Shown here: piece by piece, positions 9,791 through 19,757 of the stretch | Numbering within the stretch: position 1 is the stretch's first letter | Layout: every line of letters starts with the position of its first letter | Assembly: GCA_947628855.1 (NCBI GenBank) | Contig: CANRBM010000004.1 | Span: forward strand, 1 to 49,849 | Reading direction: 5' to 3' | Source: an uncultured Clostridia bacterium | GTDB taxonomy: Bacteria > Bacillota > Clostridia > Christensenellales > CAG-917 | Length of the DNA: 49,849 bases | Position numbers and translations under genes: made by a program | The notes under the pieces: model-generated | Told to the model about the DNA's origin: nothing | Database searches by the model: none | Seen by the model: the letters and a program-made list of their open reading frames with translations, nothing else

Positions 9791-9930
9791 ATATAAAGCT
9801 CACACGCAGGAGTTTAGCACTTGCATACAATCAAAAAACGCGAGCGACGGCAAGTATTTGCCTAGCTCGCACCTTTAGCTTGGGGTGCAGGGGGTGAAAC
9901 CCCTTGCCGAGGTGTGGGGCAGCGCCCCAC
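9791..9930 (-). repeat. Hairpin repeat family A, copy 2
   Basis: Reverse-orientation copy: AAGCTCACACGCAGGAGTT ... TAGCTTGGGGTGCAGGGGGTGAAACCCCTTGCC..GTGGGGCAGCGCCCCAC. Confidence 0.85.
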
Positions 9931-9946
9931 ATAAGTAATACGGGGC

Positions 9947-11056
9947 TTACATGCGAGTGGTTTTGTCCTCGCCTATGCCGATCATGCCGTCGAGCTGATA
10001 TTTTTTGCCGTTGGTGTCGGTGATATAGCCTTTGAGGGTGCCGAACGGGAGCGCATAATAGCAGTCGATGACAAGGGCGTGGATGGGCATATAAAAGACT
10101 TGGTTTATGGTGAATGTGACGTCCACAAGTCCTTTGCCCAACTCGTCGGTGACGTGCCATTCTTTCGCCTTTTTCTTGCCGTCCTTGTGCGTAAAGACGA
10201 CGGGGGGCATGGGATAGGACTCGTTTTCGAGCCAAATGACGTTTTCGTTGTATTGAGGTTGGTCTACGGACTGGTTTCTTGTGAGGTTGAAGGCGAAATA
10301 CTTCTCCTCGCCGTCGATTTTGAGCTTGCCCATTGATGTCAGCCAATCGTAGTGCGCGTGGAAGGGATAGAAACCCTTGTGATCGTCGATTATGCCGACG
10401 GAGCGCTCGTTTGTGGCGTAGCGCTTGCCGTTGATGTCGATGTAGCCTGTGGCTTTGAAGAAATCCTTCTCGCTGTACAGCGCGTTGCGATAGGAGCCGT
10501 CCTTGTTCTTGGCGAGGGGCATGACTCCGTTTGCGAGGGGAGCCAATCTCTCAAATTTGATGTCTATGGCAAACTCTCCGTTTTTGCCTTTTGTAAAGCC
10601 TTTCGCGCAGGCTTTGCCGTTCATAAAGTCGTTTTCTATTTTATATTCGCTCTTTTTGGTCTTGCAGTAGCAGTAGTCGTTGACAAGCTGCGACGCGACG
10701 CGGACGTTCTTTTTGGATGCGATGTTGCGCCAGCTGTACACCTTGTCCTCCGCCTTGTCGTACCATACGAAGATGGAAAAGCGGATCGCGCCTATTTTGT
10801 ACACCGCGCTTATAAGCGCGCCTTCGTCCATGCCTACCTCGAAAGCCTCCCACTCCGTAAGTCTGCTGCCTATAAGGAAGTCGGGCATACGCGGTCCGCA
10901 AGGCTTGTGCGTCTCAAGCAAATTTATGTTTTGCCAAGGCGCGTCAAAAGTGCCAAAATGTACTTGCCCGTCCTCAACGATGCTGTTTGGCGTCGAGACG
11001 GGTTTTCGCGTCGGATGTATATAATCCGCTTGCTTTTTCTCTTTCAAATCGCTCAT
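9947..11056 (-). CDS. DUF2804-family protein (beta-rich, function unknown)
   Basis: Motifs G.F..P..INL, EWEAF, DDHKGFYP...YDW, NENVIW, GIGEDK. Start after GGGGGAG. Confidence 0.7.
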   Translation of the reverse strand: MSDLKEKKQADYIHPTRKPVSTPNSIVEDGQVHFGTFDAPWQNINLLETHKPCGPRMPDFLIGSRLTEWEAFEVGMDEGALISAVYKIGAIRFSIFVWYDKAEDKVYSWRNIASKKNVRVASQLVNDYCYCKTKKSEYKIENDFMNGKACAKGFTKGKNGEFAIDIKFERLAPLANGVMPLAKNKDGSYRNALYSEKDFFKATGYIDINGKRYATNERSVGIIDDHKGFYPFHAHYDWLTSMGKLKIDGEEKYFAFNLTRNQSVDQPQYNENVIWLENESYPMPPVVFTHKDGKKKAKEWHVTDELGKGLVDVTFTINQVFYMPIHALVIDCYYALPFGTLKGYITDTNGKKYQLDGMIGIGEDKTTRM

Positions 11057-11216
11057 ATTTTCTCCCCCGAGCAAACAATGGGTTGCTGCCACATGCTGTG
11101 CTCATTCTTATTAATATATAGTTTAACACAACACTTTGCGCCTAGCAATACATTTTTTCACAAGTGTATAAAAAAATCATGCGCGTCAATAATTTTTTCA
11201 AAAGGAGAAATATATT

Positions 11217-12470
11217 ATGTCTTTCAATCCATTCAATGAGACCCCCGAAAGAAGTGAAAAACTGTTTTTCGACTTCAAGAACATCTATCCCGAAAGCTAT
11301 CTCAAGGACAGCACGGATCCATTCACAAAGACGCGCGTCATTTTGATGAACGGCACGGAATACGAGGCGGTGTGGTATTCGCACCAATTCTCCCGCCACT
11401 GCAAGAACAACGACTTGCGCCGCGAGTTGGAATTTGTAAGACGCAGCGAGCAGATGCAACAAAAAAAGATCGCCTGCCTCAAACCTAAGGACGAGGGCGT
11501 GCTCGAGACCACTATCGCATATGAACAGCTCGCCGTCGAACTCACCGCCATACTTGCTCAGCGCGAACCCGATAAGCATGTCAAGGCGGCGCTCGACTTC
11601 GCCCTGCTCGAGGACTTCGACCACCTGTATCGCTATGCGGACCTTCTCGATATGGAACAAGGCATACAGGCGGACAAGCTCGTCGGCGGCTACACGGAGA
11701 TAACCCCGGGGCGCCCCACGCTCGCGCATCCGCGCCATCCCTACGACGAAATACGCAAGCCCGTCAATTTCAAAAAGTGCGCGCCTATCACAAAGCTCGA
11801 CGTCGCCATAATCACCGCCGCGGAACAGCAGACGATGAACTACTATATGAATCAGTGCGCCTTCTACGAGAGCGACCTCGGGCGCAGGCTGTATCAAGAG
11901 ATCGCGCTCGTCGAGGAGGAGCACGTCACACAATACGGCTCGCTCATGGACGTAAACGAGGGTTGGCTGGAATGCTGGCTCAATCACGAGTACACCGAGT
12001 GCTATCTCTATTACTCCTGCTGGCAGGACGAGACGGACAAGAAGATCAAAAAGCTGTGGGAACAATGCTTGCTTCAAGAGATCGCGCACCTTCATCTCGC
12101 CGCCGACGCCCTCAAACGCTACGGCAAAAAGGAGTGGCAAGAAGTCATCCCCGACGGCAATTTCCCCGAGCTCATCCGCTTCTCGCCACAGGAAAAATAT
12201 ATCCGAAAAGTGCTCGCCGAGACCGTTGAAAATACCGCGCTCAGAGAGGGCTATATCAACGTCAACGAGCTTGGCAGCGACGCGGACTTCTTCGCCTTCC
12301 AAAAACTCGCCATAGGCAACGAAAAACTCGCCCCAAGTCATCAAGTCATCCGCGCGCATATCGACCGTACGGGCATGGACTATCGCGCCGAACACGCCGA
12401 AAATCCCGTCCCCTCCCTCCGTAACAGAACGGACGACAACATCCATTTGGGCCGTACCCATAGGAAGTGA
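11217..12470 (+). CDS. Ferritin-like superfamily protein with two tandem four-helix-bundle units
   Basis: RBS AAAGGAG. Repeated E...ExxH-like helix pairs (EDFDH, EEEH, EIAH). Confidence 0.7.
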   Translation: MSFNPFNETPERSEKLFFDFKNIYPESYLKDSTDPFTKTRVILMNGTEYEAVWYSHQFSRHCKNNDLRRELEFVRRSEQMQQKKIACLKPKDEGVLETTIAYEQLAVELTAILAQREPDKHVKAALDFALLEDFDHLYRYADLLDMEQGIQADKLVGGYTEITPGRPTLAHPRHPYDEIRKPVNFKKCAPITKLDVAIITAAEQQTMNYYMNQCAFYESDLGRRLYQEIALVEEEHVTQYGSLMDVNEGWLECWLNHEYTECYLYYSCWQDETDKKIKKLWEQCLLQEIAHLHLAADALKRYGKKEWQEVIPDGNFPELIRFSPQEKYIRKVLAETVENTALREGYINVNELGSDADFFAFQKLAIGNEKLAPSHQVIRAHIDRTGMDYRAEHAENPVPSLRNRTDDNIHLGRTHRK

Positions 12471-12477
12471 TGTCTTT

Positions 12478-12692
12478 GTGAGCTACGCGCCCACTCCTCG
12501 GCAAGGGACTTCGTCGCCCCATGCAGGGCTGCTCGCCCCGCCGCCCCATGCGGGGTTCCACCCCGCGCCCCGGCAAGGGACTTCGTCCCCCTGCACCCCA
12601 AGCTAAAAACGCGCGAACGTCGTGACTTTCGTCACTTGTTCGCGCGTTTTTGATTGTGTGTATGGTATGAACTCCAGCGTGATAGCTTGATT
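12478..12692 (+). repeat. Hairpin repeat family A, copy 3 (followed by a family B copy at 12745-12782)
   Basis: Same blocks as copy 1, with a duplicated GGCAAGGG hairpin module. Confidence 0.85.
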
Positions 12693-12785
12693 TTTACGTT
12701 TACCGTGTCCGCGCGATTAACGTAACCTTTGTCCGAGCGTAATCGGGGTCCCCGCAAAATTGCGCAGTAATTTTGCGGGGTAGGC

Positions 12786-12814
12786 TTGTAAACGGCGGAG
12801 TTGTATGGTATAAT
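12786..12814 (+). promoter_or_regulatory. SigA-type promoter of the flavodiiron gene
   Basis: TTGTAA-17 bp-TATAAT with an extended -10 TG. Confidence 0.6.
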
Positions 12815-12849
12815 GTCAAATCGGAAAAAAAACTTTTTCGGAGGTATAT

Positions 12850-14640
12850 ATGTTCATCACAAACGACATCAAATACGTCGGCGTAAACGATCGCGACATC
12901 GACCTGTTTGAGGGGCAATACGTCGTGGAAAACGGCATGGCGTACAACTCCTACGTCATAGTTGACAAGAAGATAGCTGTGTTTGACACGGTAGACAGGC
13001 GCTTCGGCGACAAGTGGCTTGCAAACATCAAGGGCGCGCTTGGCGCAAAGGCTCCGGACTTCCTCATCGTCCAGCACATGGAGCCTGACCACTCCGCGAA
13101 TATCGCGCTGTTTATGGCGAAATATCCGACGGCTACGATAGTTTCATCCGCGAAGGCGTTCAAGATGATGGGACAATTTTTCGGCACGGAATTTGAAAAT
13201 CGCCGCATAGTCGTGGGCGAGGGCGATACGCTCTCCCTCGGCGAGCACGAGCTCACGTTTGTGACTGCGCCCATGGTGCATTGGCCGGAGGTCATCGTCA
13301 CCTACGACAGCAAGGATAAGGTGCTGTTTTCGGCAGATGGGTTCGGAAAATTCGGCGCGTTGGACGCGGACGAGGACTGGGCTTGCGAGGCGAGAAGATA
13401 CTATATCGGCATAGTCGGCAAGTACGGCGCGCAGGTGCAGGCGCTCTTGAAAAAGGCGGCAGGTCTGGACATACAGATCATCTGCCCTCTTCACGGTCCC
13501 GTACTCAGCGAGAACCTCGGCTACTATCTCAACCTCTACAACATATGGTCATCCTACGGCGTGGAGTCGGACGGCATAATGATCGCCTACACATCAGTCT
13601 ACGGACATACGAAAGCGGCGGTGGAGAAACTTGCTGGGAAATTGAAGGAAAAGGGCTGCCCCAAAGTCGTCGTCACCGACCTCGCGCGCGAGGATATGGC
13701 GGAGGCTGTCGAGGACGCCTTCAGATATGGCAAACTCGTGCTTGCGACAACTACATACAATGCGGAGATATTCCCCTTCATGCGCGAGTTCATCAACCAT
13801 CTCACGGAGCGCAACTTCCAAAACAGGCACATCGCTTTCATCGAAAACGGCAGCTGGGCGCCAATGGCTACGCGCGTTATGAAGGGCTTGCTTGAGGGCT
13901 GCAAAAACTTGACTTATGCGGAGCATAACGTGCGCATACTTTCCGCCCTCAACGCGGAGAGCGAGGCGCAACTTGAGGCGCTTGCTACGGAGCTTTGCTG
14001 CGACTATATAGCGCGCGGCGCGGACGCGGACAAATTCGATTTGAAGGCGCTGTTCAACATCGGCTACGGGCTGTACGTGGTCACCTCCCGCGACGGCGCA
14101 AAGGACAACGGCCTCATCGTAAACACCGTGACGCAGCTCACAAATACGCCAAACCGCATAGGCGTCACAATAAACAAGGCAAACCTCTCACATGACATCA
14201 TCAAAAAGACGGGAGTGCTCAACGTCAACTGCCTCTCCGTCGAGGCGCCCTTCAAGGTGTTTGAGAATTTCGGCTTCAGAAGCGGCAGGGATTGCAATAA
14301 GTTTGCAGACTGCGAGGAAATACTGCGCTCTGACAACGGTCTCATCTTCCTGCCCCGCTACATCAACTCCTTCATGTCCCTCAAGGTGGAGAGCACGGTG
14401 GACCTCGACACGCATACCATGTTTGTGTGCACCGTCACGGAGTCGCGCGTCATCTCCCCCGTCGAGACAATGACCTACAACTACTATCAGCAGAACGTCA
14501 AACCCCGCCCTAAGACCGAAAACAAGAAGGGCTGGGTGTGCAAGGTGTGCGGCTACGTCTACGAGGGCGACGAGCTCCCCGAGGACTTCGTCTGCCCCCT
14601 CTGCAAGCACGGCGCAAGCGACTTTGAGAGGATACAATAA
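12850..14640 (+). CDS. fprA: Flavodiiron protein (FprA core) fused to flavin reductase and rubredoxin-like domains
   Basis: HMEPDH, HWPE, SADGFG and PLHG in the metallo-beta-lactamase domain; flavodoxin YTSVYGHT; flavin reductase IGYGLYVVTS; C-terminal CKVCGY...CPLC. Confidence 0.92.
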   Translation: MFITNDIKYVGVNDRDIDLFEGQYVVENGMAYNSYVIVDKKIAVFDTVDRRFGDKWLANIKGALGAKAPDFLIVQHMEPDHSANIALFMAKYPTATIVSSAKAFKMMGQFFGTEFENRRIVVGEGDTLSLGEHELTFVTAPMVHWPEVIVTYDSKDKVLFSADGFGKFGALDADEDWACEARRYYIGIVGKYGAQVQALLKKAAGLDIQIICPLHGPVLSENLGYYLNLYNIWSSYGVESDGIMIAYTSVYGHTKAAVEKLAGKLKEKGCPKVVVTDLAREDMAEAVEDAFRYGKLVLATTTYNAEIFPFMREFINHLTERNFQNRHIAFIENGSWAPMATRVMKGLLEGCKNLTYAEHNVRILSALNAESEAQLEALATELCCDYIARGADADKFDLKALFNIGYGLYVVTSRDGAKDNGLIVNTVTQLTNTPNRIGVTINKANLSHDIIKKTGVLNVNCLSVEAPFKVFENFGFRSGRDCNKFADCEEILRSDNGLIFLPRYINSFMSLKVESTVDLDTHTMFVCTVTESRVISPVETMTYNYYQQNVKPRPKTENKKGWVCKVCGYVYEGDELPEDFVCPLCKHGASDFERIQ

Positions 14641-14691
14641 AACATAACTCTCTGTCAAAAGCGACAAGTAAAATTAAAGACTGATTTATTC

Positions 14692-14728
14692 AAAAGGCTT
14701 GTGCTTAACGCTCAAGCCTTTTCTTTTT
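14692..14728. terminator. Bidirectional intrinsic terminator between fprA and uppP
   Basis: AAAAGGCTTG..CAAGCCTTTTCTTTTT between convergent genes. Confidence 0.75.
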
Positions 14729-14759
14729 ATATTAACATTTTATATTTTTTGACCCATAG

Positions 14760-15533
14760 CTATATTTTGACGCCGAAGAGCGGGAGCAAGGTCACGGCTA
14801 TGCCGAGAAGGAGGGTGTAGGCGGCAAAGGGCATGAGTGTGTGATTTTTGACGAGCTTGAGGAAGAGGGTTATTGCGGCAAGACCCGACAAAAACGCCGC
14901 CGCGACGCCTACGAGCATGGGCAGCCAGCCTACGTCGAGGGTCACGCCGCCCCTCATTATGTCCACGCCTTCCATGAGCGCGGAGCCTACTATTATGGGC
15001 ACGGACAGCAAGAATGAGAAGTCAGCCGCCTCGCTCCTGTCTACGCCCGAGAGGGTCATCGCGGACACCGTAGCGCCGCTGCGCGATACGCCCGGCAAAA
15101 CGGCTATACCTTGCAAAACGCCTGTTAATATACTTATTTTGGGTGTAAGAAGTGCCGTTTTGGTCGGTTTAAGTTTTTCGCCCGCAAACAACAGGCATGC
15201 CGTAAGCACGAATCCGAAGCCCAAAAGTTTGCCATCCAAAAGCGCGGGCGCGGCGAATTTGAACACGAGCGCAATGAGGACCGTAGGCACGCAAGCGATC
15301 AAAATATAGCCCGTCGTCTTTTGCAGGGGGTGCCGCGCCAGCTCCCATATCCGCTTGCGCATCGCGATGAGCACCGCAACAAGAGTGCCGACGTGCACCG
15401 CTATATTGAAGGGCAGGCTTGCGCATCCTATCCCCAACTTTTCAAGCAGCAGCAGGTGTCCCGATGACGATATGGGCAAAAACTCGCTCGCCCCCTGCAC
15501 TATCCCGAGTATCAACGCCTCCCACCATGTCAT
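14760..15533 (-). CDS. uppP: Undecaprenyl-diphosphate phosphatase (BacA)
   Basis: QGASEFLPISSSGH and PGVSRSG motifs; multi-TM. Confidence 0.95.
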   Translation of the reverse strand: MTWWEALILGIVQGASEFLPISSSGHLLLLEKLGIGCASLPFNIAVHVGTLVAVLIAMRKRIWELARHPLQKTTGYILIACVPTVLIALVFKFAAPALLDGKLLGFGFVLTACLLFAGEKLKPTKTALLTPKISILTGVLQGIAVLPGVSRSGATVSAMTLSGVDRSEAADFSFLLSVPIIVGSALMEGVDIMRGGVTLDVGWLPMLVGVAAAFLSGLAAITLFLKLVKNHTLMPFAAYTLLLGIAVTLLPLFGVKI

Positions 15534-15640
15534 AAGCCGCACAAAAGCGAATTTTCCGCTTTACTATTCTCCCCATTTTGTTTATAATACCAATAGATAT
15601 TCTCACTTTCGCGCTTTTAGACCAAAAGCAAAGGAGCATT

Positions 15641-16723
15641 ATGAAACTCGGAGTTGTCGGATTGCCGAATGTAGGCAAAAGTACGCTGTTCAACGCGATC
15701 ACAAAGGCGGGTGCGCAGGCGGCAAACTATCCCTTTTGCACAATAGAGCCCAACGTGGGCGTAGTCGCCGTCCCCGACGAGAGGCTTGAAAAGCTCGCCG
15801 CCCTCTACGACAGCAAAAAGATAACCTATACCACGCTTGAATTTGTGGATATCGCGGGACTCGTCAAGGGCGCAAGCCGAGGCGAAGGGTTGGGCAATAA
15901 ATTCCTGTCCCATATACGCGAAGTGGACGCAATCGTGCACGTGGTGCGCTGTTTCGACGACGAAAATATTACGCACGTGGACGGAAGCGTGAATCCCGCC
16001 CGCGACATAGATACTATCGACCTCGAGCTCATCTTCGCCGACCTCGAGACCCTCGACCGCCGTATGACAAAAGCGCTCAGCATGGTCAAAGCGGACAAAA
16101 AATATCAAGAGGACATCGACCGACTGAACATAATGAAACAATGCCTCGAGGCGGGCAAGCGCCTCAGCTCCCTCAAAGTGGACGAGGAGTTCAAGGCGTT
16201 CATAGACGCGCAATTTTTGCTCACGTCCAAACCCGTCATCTATGTCGCCAACACGGACGAGGCGGGTATCGCGGGCAACGCCTACACCGCCGAAGTACAG
16301 CGCATCGCCGCCACGGAAGGCAGCGAGTGTATTGTGCTTTGCGCTAAGCTCGAAGAGGACCTCTCCGCCCTCGCCGACGACGAGCGCGCTATGTTTATGG
16401 AAGAATACGGTCTTTCGGAGAGCGGTCTCGACCGCCTTGTCAAGGCGTCATACAAACTGCTCGGTCTCATAAGCTATCTCACCGCGGGCGAAAAGGAAAC
16501 GCGCGCCTGGACTATCGTCAAGGGCACAAAAGCTCCCGAGGCAGCAGGCAAGATACACAGCGATTTCGAGCGCGGCTTTATCCGCGCCGAGATCGTGGAC
16601 TACGATACCCTGCTCGAGTGCGGCTCCTTCAACGCCGCCAAAGACAAAGGCAAAGTCCGCAGCGAAGGCAAAGACTACGTCATGCAGGAAGGCGACGTCG
16701 TCCTCTTCCGCATAAACGTGTGA
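15641..16723 (+). CDS. ychF: Ribosome-binding ATPase YchF
   Basis: [41 protein letters not shown]-terminal TGS domain. RBS AAGGAG. Confidence 0.97.
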   Translation: MKLGVVGLPNVGKSTLFNAITKAGAQAANYPFCTIEPNVGVVAVPDERLEKLAALYDSKKITYTTLEFVDIAGLVKGASRGEGLGNKFLSHIREVDAIVHVVRCFDDENITHVDGSVNPARDIDTIDLELIFADLETLDRRMTKALSMVKADKKYQEDIDRLNIMKQCLEAGKRLSSLKVDEEFKAFIDAQFLLTSKPVIYVANTDEAGIAGNAYTAEVQRIAATEGSECIVLCAKLEEDLSALADDERAMFMEEYGLSESGLDRLVKASYKLLGLISYLTAGEKETRAWTIVKGTKAPEAAGKIHSDFERGFIRAEIVDYDTLLECGSFNAAKDKGKVRSEGKDYVMQEGDVVLFRINV

Positions 16724-16731
16724 TGAGTTAT

Positions 16732-16876
16732 GTGGGCTACTCGCCCACGCCTCGGCAAGGGACTTCGTCCCCTGCACCCCAAGCTAAAAACGCGCAAACG
16801 TCGGCACTTTCGTGCCTAGTTTGCGCGTTTTGATTTGTATGCAATGTCCAAAACTCATGCGGGTGAGAGCTTGATA
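16732..16876 (+). repeat. Hairpin repeat family A, copy 4
   Basis: Begins 8 bp after the ychF stop; same conserved blocks as the other copies. Confidence 0.85.
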
Positions 16877-16911
16877 AAACACAATTTTTAAAAGTACAGC
16901 TGATTTGATAA

Positions 16912-17268
16912 TTATTTTTGACTTCGCTTTTTCTCTTTCACCGCTAACGTGATTTCTGTAATAAGTATCGGAAATACGACCGGAACAACTACTGAGACGA
17001 TCAAATAGCCGATAAACCCGATTTTCACGTCCAAAATATACTTGCAAATCAACAATATGCTCCCTATGACCATAAGCGTCAAAGAAAAAATTATCAGCAA
17101 TATTGCAAAAAGTTTATTTGCGCACTTCCATGTTTCTGCATCTCTTGACGCTCTGCGCGTTTTGTATCCCCATAAGTCATTTATGGGTGGGATCTTAACG
17201 CGCAAGATCACTCCTATAATAAGGAAAAAACCTTGTAATATAAATACTGAACAAATGTCAAATTTCAT
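16912..17268 (-). CDS. SdpI/YhfL-family membrane immunity protein
   Basis: 3 TM segments; N..WGYKT..A....ETW..AN motif; AT-rich. Confidence 0.75.
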   Translation of the reverse strand: MKFDICSVFILQGFFLIIGVILRVKIPPINDLWGYKTRRASRDAETWKCANKLFAILLIIFSLTLMVIGSILLICKYILDVKIGFIGYLIVSVVVPVVFPILITEITLAVKEKKRSQK

Positions 17269-17420
17269 GTTTCACCTTTTCCATTATAAGCGACGTTCTG
17301 CATTATGTCAAATGTGCACTGTTACACTTTTTACAGGCGAGCCTTCCGGCATAGCATAAGCGTTTATCCGAGACTTGTTTCTACATCTATGCAAATTTAC
17401 CTGCAAAATCACTCGAACAT

Positions 17421-17734
17421 GGGGATTTCTTGACTACGCTCGAAATGACACGTTATATTACCTGTCATGCTGAGCTATACGGGGTCCCCGCAAAAATACG
17501 TAGTAGTTTTACGGGGTATAGGATACGGGGTCCCCGCAAAAATATGAAATGTTTTTGTGGGGTAAGGAGTCGAAACATCCCCCGGATAAAGGCACTGCCT
17601 CTTCACTTGGGGATTCCTCGACTGCGCTGCGCTTCGCTCGGAATGACAATATATACATGCTGTCATGCTGAGCGAAGTCGAAACATCCCCCTGTTATACC
17701 CCACAAAATCACTGCGTAATTTTGTGGGGACCCC
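17421..17734. repeat. Mosaic of family C palindromes with three family B units (17481-17518, 17527-17564, 17697-17734)
   Basis: B consensus TACCCCACAAAATCACTGCGTAATTTTGCGGGGACCCC; C ends ATGACA / TGTCAT. Confidence 0.8.
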
Positions 17735-17786
17735 GATGATGCTCAGACAAAAGTAACGTTAATCACTCGGACAAAGCGCCACGTCA

Positions 17787-17930
17787 ATATCAAGCTATCA
17801 CGCAGGAGTTTTGACGCTTGCATACAAACCAAAACGCGCGAACCAGTGACGAAAGTCACGACGTTTGCGCGTTTTTAGCTTGGAGTGCAGGGGACGAAGT
17901 CCCTTGCCGCAGTGTGGGCGCGTAGCCCAC
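17787..17930 (-). repeat. Hairpin repeat family A, copy 5
   Basis: Reverse copy ending 7 bp from the stop codon of the Mrr-like gene. Confidence 0.85.
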
Positions 17931-17937
17931 AAAAATC

Positions 17938-19146
17938 TCAGATATTATATCCGCATTCGCGGGCTTTTTTGAGCCACTCGTCGCCGTCGAGTATGAGGAG
18001 CATATGTCCGAACGGGAGGGTCGCCATGTACTTTTGCGCCTCTTTGGTGAGTTTGGCGTTGGTGGAGTAGATGAATTTTGTTGGACGCTGGGCTTTGCCC
18101 GACTTTTGCTCGCCGAAGAGGTGATAGGCAACGATGCCGATAAACTCGCGCACGTCCTTGATGTTGATGTTGTTGCCTGCGGCGCGGTGCTTGCTTTGGA
18201 TGATGATGTACTCCTTGAACCCCATGCCGTCCGTGCCCTTGATGTAGCAATCCACTCCGTTGTCGCCGCTGCTGTCCGTGTTTTCGCTTTTTAATTCCTT
18301 TAGAATACCGAATTTTTTGTACCACTCGTACAGCATGCGCTGGGTGTGAATGTTGAATTCCTCGCCGCTGAGCCCGTGGATGAGCTCCTCGTTTTTCTTG
18401 GGAGGAAGGCTGTAGGCGCCGCTCTTTTTGTCGAAGAGTATCTTGCCCGCGTCCTTGAGGTTGGACAGCAGCTGTCCCGCGCGCGTGCGCAACCGCTTTG
18501 CCTCGTCCTTGCCCTCGGACTTATCGCCCTCGACAATGGTCAATATCTCGCGGCGGGTGTGCTTTTCTTTTTTCACCGAGTCCAAAATTTTGCGCTCTAT
18601 CTCCGCGTCCTCATTGGCGAGCTTGAGCGCCTTAGCTTTGACTGCCTTCTCGGGCTTTGCTTTGCTCGCCGCGGATCTTACATCTGCCTTGAGTGGAGCT
18701 TGCTCCTTTTTTGAGGAAGTCGCGGATGGTTTTTCACTTTCGTTCTGCTTATCGGCTGTCTGAGGCTTCTTCTTTTGCGCGCTCTGTTTGTCCGCGTGCT
18801 TTGCTCCCTTACCGCGTTCGGCATTGCCCTTGGCGTCGGGAGCGCCCTGCTCCGCCTTGAGCGCCGCGGGCTCGACTTCGCGCGCGTCCTCTATCTCGCA
18901 AAGGAAAAGCGTCGCATTTTCGGCGTCCTGCCGTATATATCCGTCCCTGATGAGCGCGTCCAAAACGCCGCCCAAAACGCTACATACGTTGTTGTATCTG
19001 CTGGTGGGCGACTTGTCCTTCAACTCCTCCTTGTCAAGCAAGCCCTCCACGCTCAGCCGTATCACCTGCTTGCGCGAGCGTTTGCCGTCCACGTTTTTGA
19101 ATATTTCCTCGCGCGCCTTTTGCGCATCCAAATTCATATCTGCCAT
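17938..19146 (-). CDS. Mrr-family (type IV-like) restriction endonuclease with N-terminal winged-helix-like repeats
   Basis: C-terminal Mrr_cat pattern EEF...SGDNGVD...IIQSKH...VREFIG...FIYSTNAKLT..A...LILDGDE. Confidence 0.75.
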   Translation of the reverse strand: MADMNLDAQKAREEIFKNVDGKRSRKQVIRLSVEGLLDKEELKDKSPTSRYNNVCSVLGGVLDALIRDGYIRQDAENATLFLCEIEDAREVEPAALKAEQGAPDAKGNAERGKGAKHADKQSAQKKKPQTADKQNESEKPSATSSKKEQAPLKADVRSAASKAKPEKAVKAKALKLANEDAEIERKILDSVKKEKHTRREILTIVEGDKSEGKDEAKRLRTRAGQLLSNLKDAGKILFDKKSGAYSLPPKKNEELIHGLSGEEFNIHTQRMLYEWYKKFGILKELKSENTDSSGDNGVDCYIKGTDGMGFKEYIIIQSKHRAAGNNINIKDVREFIGIVAYHLFGEQKSGKAQRPTKFIYSTNAKLTKEAQKYMATLPFGHMLLILDGDEWLKKARECGYNI

Positions 19147-19392
19147 AAGTTCTCCTTCGCGAGCATTATATCATACCCTATCGCATTTTTCAACGCAATA
19201 AGTCGCTTCTCACGCAACGAATATATTTACTTTCCCGCAAAAAGCTCTAAGAAATGTCGAATTGCGCAAAAAAATAATATCGGGACGCGTGACTGTCCCG
19301 ATATTTGGCCGAAAATTTGAAACTTAGACGCGCAGACTCTCAAATACCGCTACGCTCATATTTTGCGACGCTCCGCCGCGCCTAGGCGCGTA

Positions 19393-19698
19393 CTATGGCC
19401 GCCACAAGTATTTTTCAAGATCGACATAGCCATCCGCGTCCACCTCTATGCCGTCTGCGCGCAGCAGGTTTGCCTGTATCTCGGGTCCGCCGAACGCGAA
19501 CGCGGGCGCGCACCGCCCAAACCTGTTTACGACGCGGAAACAGGGTATGTTTTGCGGGTCGGGATTGAAATGCAGCGCGTACCCGACCGCGCGCGACGCC
19601 TTGGGCGAGCCCGTCATCGCCGCGATCTGCCCATACGTCGCGACTTTTCCGCTTGGTATGCGCTTGACTATTTCATAAACTCTGTCGTAATAACTCAT
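19393..19698 (-). CDS. MGMT/alkyltransferase-like DNA-binding protein
   Basis: IPSGKVATYGQIA, RAVG, PCFRVVN, Q..LL..DGI. Confidence 0.88.
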   Translation of the reverse strand: MSYYDRVYEIVKRIPSGKVATYGQIAAMTGSPKASRAVGYALHFNPDPQNIPCFRVVNRFGRCAPAFAFGGPEIQANLLRADGIEVDADGYVDLEKYLWRP

Positions 19699-19757
19699 AG
19701 ATTTTTCCTTATTATTTACAAATTTAAGTGCGCTCGGACAAAAGACAAATATGATAC

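Noticed and set aside
17832-17930. Group II intron domain V/VI or hammerhead ribozyme resemblance in family A (stem-bulge-stem with GAAA loop)
   Set aside because: Stem lengths and bulge do not fit domain V, no branch-A domain VI or upstream domains are seen, there is no CUGANGA core, and the loop is not kept in copies 1 and 2.
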